Shown: positions 62,367 through 64,000 of the stretch, piece by piece | Numbering within the stretch: the first letter of the stretch is position 1 | How the letters are laid out: every line of letters begins with the position of its first letter | NCBI RefSeq assembly: GCF_006345805.1 | Contig: NC_043026.1 | Coordinates: 13,061,579 to 13,125,578 of the forward strand | Direction: 5' to 3' | DNA length: 64,000 nucleotides | Source: Octopus sinensis | Lineage: Eukaryota | Position numbers and translations under genes: made by a program | The notes under the pieces: generated by a model | Databases searched by the model: none | Seen by the model: the letters and a program-made list of their open reading frames with translations, nothing else | Told to the model about the DNA's origin: nothing

Positions 62367-62806
62367 GGATCTTTTCTGTTTGAACGAGAGTTTTTCTAGT
62401 GGTGTCATATGAAACTGTCACCCATAATTATGACCCTAGTATCGATCTATCACATTTCAATCGGTTTTAGGGTTACGGTTAGTTAGGGTTAGGGTTAGGG
62501 TTAGGGGTGGGGGGGAAGGGTATCTTTTTTTGTTCACAAATGTAAATAAACCCAATCTGTTTCTTAAACGAGGGACATATTCATACGGCACAGAAAGTTT
62601 TTTTAGCTCAATAGATGTCATTGATTGGTTGAAATTGCAGAAATTTAAGAAAAAAACAACAAATATCTTACAAACTATAGAATTTTCTCAATAAAGCCAA
62701 GAGAAAAAGATGTTTTATAAACAAATTCTACCAGTATACGAAGTTTAAAAGTGTTTAGTTACGTGGAAATTATTTTAAAAAACTGCCGTTCAAACCGAAA
62801 AGATCC
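62367..62806. mobile_element. GGATCTTTT-TIR MITE, complete, 8-bp TSD tatttctg, internal (TTAGGG)n
   Basis: TSD at 62359-62366 and 62807-62814; same family as 33460 and 25641. Confidence 0.85.
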
Positions 62807-63104
62807 TATTTCTGAAACCAAATCAAGTTTGGTGGTGGTCAGTTGTAACCATAAACCAATTCTTTTTTCAAAAAAATATCTGAGGTCTAAATTCATAAGT
62901 AAGAGGTTTAAACGTTCAGATTCGCAGTGTGCGACATCAATAAACAGTGTTTAGTTCAATTTTAAGAGTGAAAATTAGTTTGAAATTTAGAATGTTCGTA
63001 GAAAGCTGTGATATTCTTAGTAAAATTTACGTTAGGAAATACTTTTAGTTAATTATCTAAAAAGTTACAGTATATTTATTAAACCAATATCAATTTGTAA
63101 TTAT

Positions 63105-63316
63105 CGTGACGTATATTTGCCATTTCAATATGGCTAACCCCTAAGGGTGGATGCTACTGTAGTTTTTAGCCCCAGGAGGACACACTCCTCCAGCTGGCCA
63201 TAGACACACTTTCTGTGCCCTATCAGTATTTGCAAAGGGAAGTCATCCTTCCCGTCTTCAACTTATGATACACACGGACTCGAGTTTCGAGGTATTGACC
63301 TCTCGTCAGCGTGTGA
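63105..63316 (-). mobile_element. 212-bp hammerhead-bearing retroposon (Penelope-like pLTR or retrozyme-like) with 14-bp TSD
   Basis: caatttgtaattat at 63091-63104 and 63317-63330; insertion absent at paralogous sites (about 47801, 52283 and 59929). Confidence 0.75.
63271..63315 (-). ncRNA. Type I minimal hammerhead ribozyme
   Basis: CACACG-CUGACGA-GAGGU-caau-ACCUC-GAAA-CUCGAG-UC-CGUGUG: perfect 6-bp helix I, intact core, 5-bp helix II, palindromic helix III (ACUCGAGU), GUC cleavage triplet. Confidence 0.85.
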
Positions 63317-63545
63317 CAATTTGTAATTATATTAACAATTATTTAGTTGGAAACATTACATTTATCTATTTATTAATTTCTGCTGTGGGAATAAAATGTG
63401 AAAATAGTGTTTTTTCTTTTTGTTGTAGATGTATGAATTCATAAAATATACTTCTCTTGCAACTGTAAATGCATAAGTTCCAAAAATATATTCTTTTAGT
63501 GTAATATTCACATCGAAAGGATATTCTCACCGTAAGAAGATATTA

Positions 63546-63626
63546 TCACGGTTCAATCTTTAGCTCTTTCAGTTATGTCATCATACGCTGGGGGTTTTGT
63601 TTCCAGCGATCTATTTCCGGATTACG
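63546..63626 (-). pseudogene. Relic of a fourth caspase C-terminus
   Basis: Translates RNPEIDRWKQNPQRMMT*LKELKIEP*, versus DNPEYNGCKQMPQIMSTLRKEFKFEPRK; lies after the same flank (attctcaccgtaagaag) as caspases A and B. Confidence 0.7.
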
Positions 63627-63797
63627 ACATCTGATATTCTGTATATTGATATACAAAAAGAAAATTCTGGCATTTTATATTCTGTATATGATATTAATGG
63701 ATGTTTTTAGTGTCACTTCTGGTTTGAATCGCAGAACCATTCCATGTTTCGAAGATCAATTTACCTTCATTCTTATACGACGTTCAACGCGGGCTAA

Positions 63798-63905
63798 CAT
63801 GTGTGTGTGTGTGTGTGTGTGTGTCCGTATGTGTATGTGTGTGTGTGTGCGTGTCGTATGTGGTGTGTGTGCGTGTGTGTGTGTGTGTGTGTGTGCGTGT
63901 GCGTA

Positions 63906-63936
<31 letters not shown>

Positions 63937-64000
63937 CCGTATGTGTGTATGTGTGTGTGTGTGTGTGTCCGTATGTGTATGTGTGTGTGTGTGCGTGTCC
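63798..64000. repeat. (TG)n-rich microsatellite
   Basis: Direct inspection. Confidence 0.9.

Overview
Repeat-rich eukaryotic DNA. The gene content and SINE families suggest a coleoid cephalopod, probably Octopus; this is an inference, as no database search was possible. The left half (2.3-29.9 kb) holds a cluster of five single-exon-CDS C2H2 zinc-finger genes (two on -, three on +) with a shared MENVDxLD leader and homologous 5' flanks. One gene carries ten near-identical 84-bp fingers. The middle (32-44.5 kb) is a duplicated unit of a promoter-like block plus an intact 152-aa Tc1-derived HTH-only ORF, and also holds a 1.9-kb foldback element with an 8-bp TSD. The right part (47.6-63.7 kb) is a tandem array of three intronless short-prodomain caspase ORFs plus a fourth relic. 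All three keep the His/Cys dyad but replace the QACxG motif (EACRG, EACRG, ATCRG), and two lose the second S1 arginine. A 212-bp insertion with a 14-bp TSD near the right end carries a canonical minimal hammerhead ribozyme. The rest is RTE and CR1 LINE fragments, at least four tRNA-derived SINE families (several as head-to-tail arrays), DNA-transposon MITEs, minisatellites and very long (TA)/(TACA)/(TG) microsatellites. Some stretches (about 15.3-15.6, 27, 33.7-34.3 and 55.8-58.1 kb) show indel noise typical of poorly polished long-read consensus. All alignments and counts were done by eye, and repeat boundaries are approximate unless a TSD is given.
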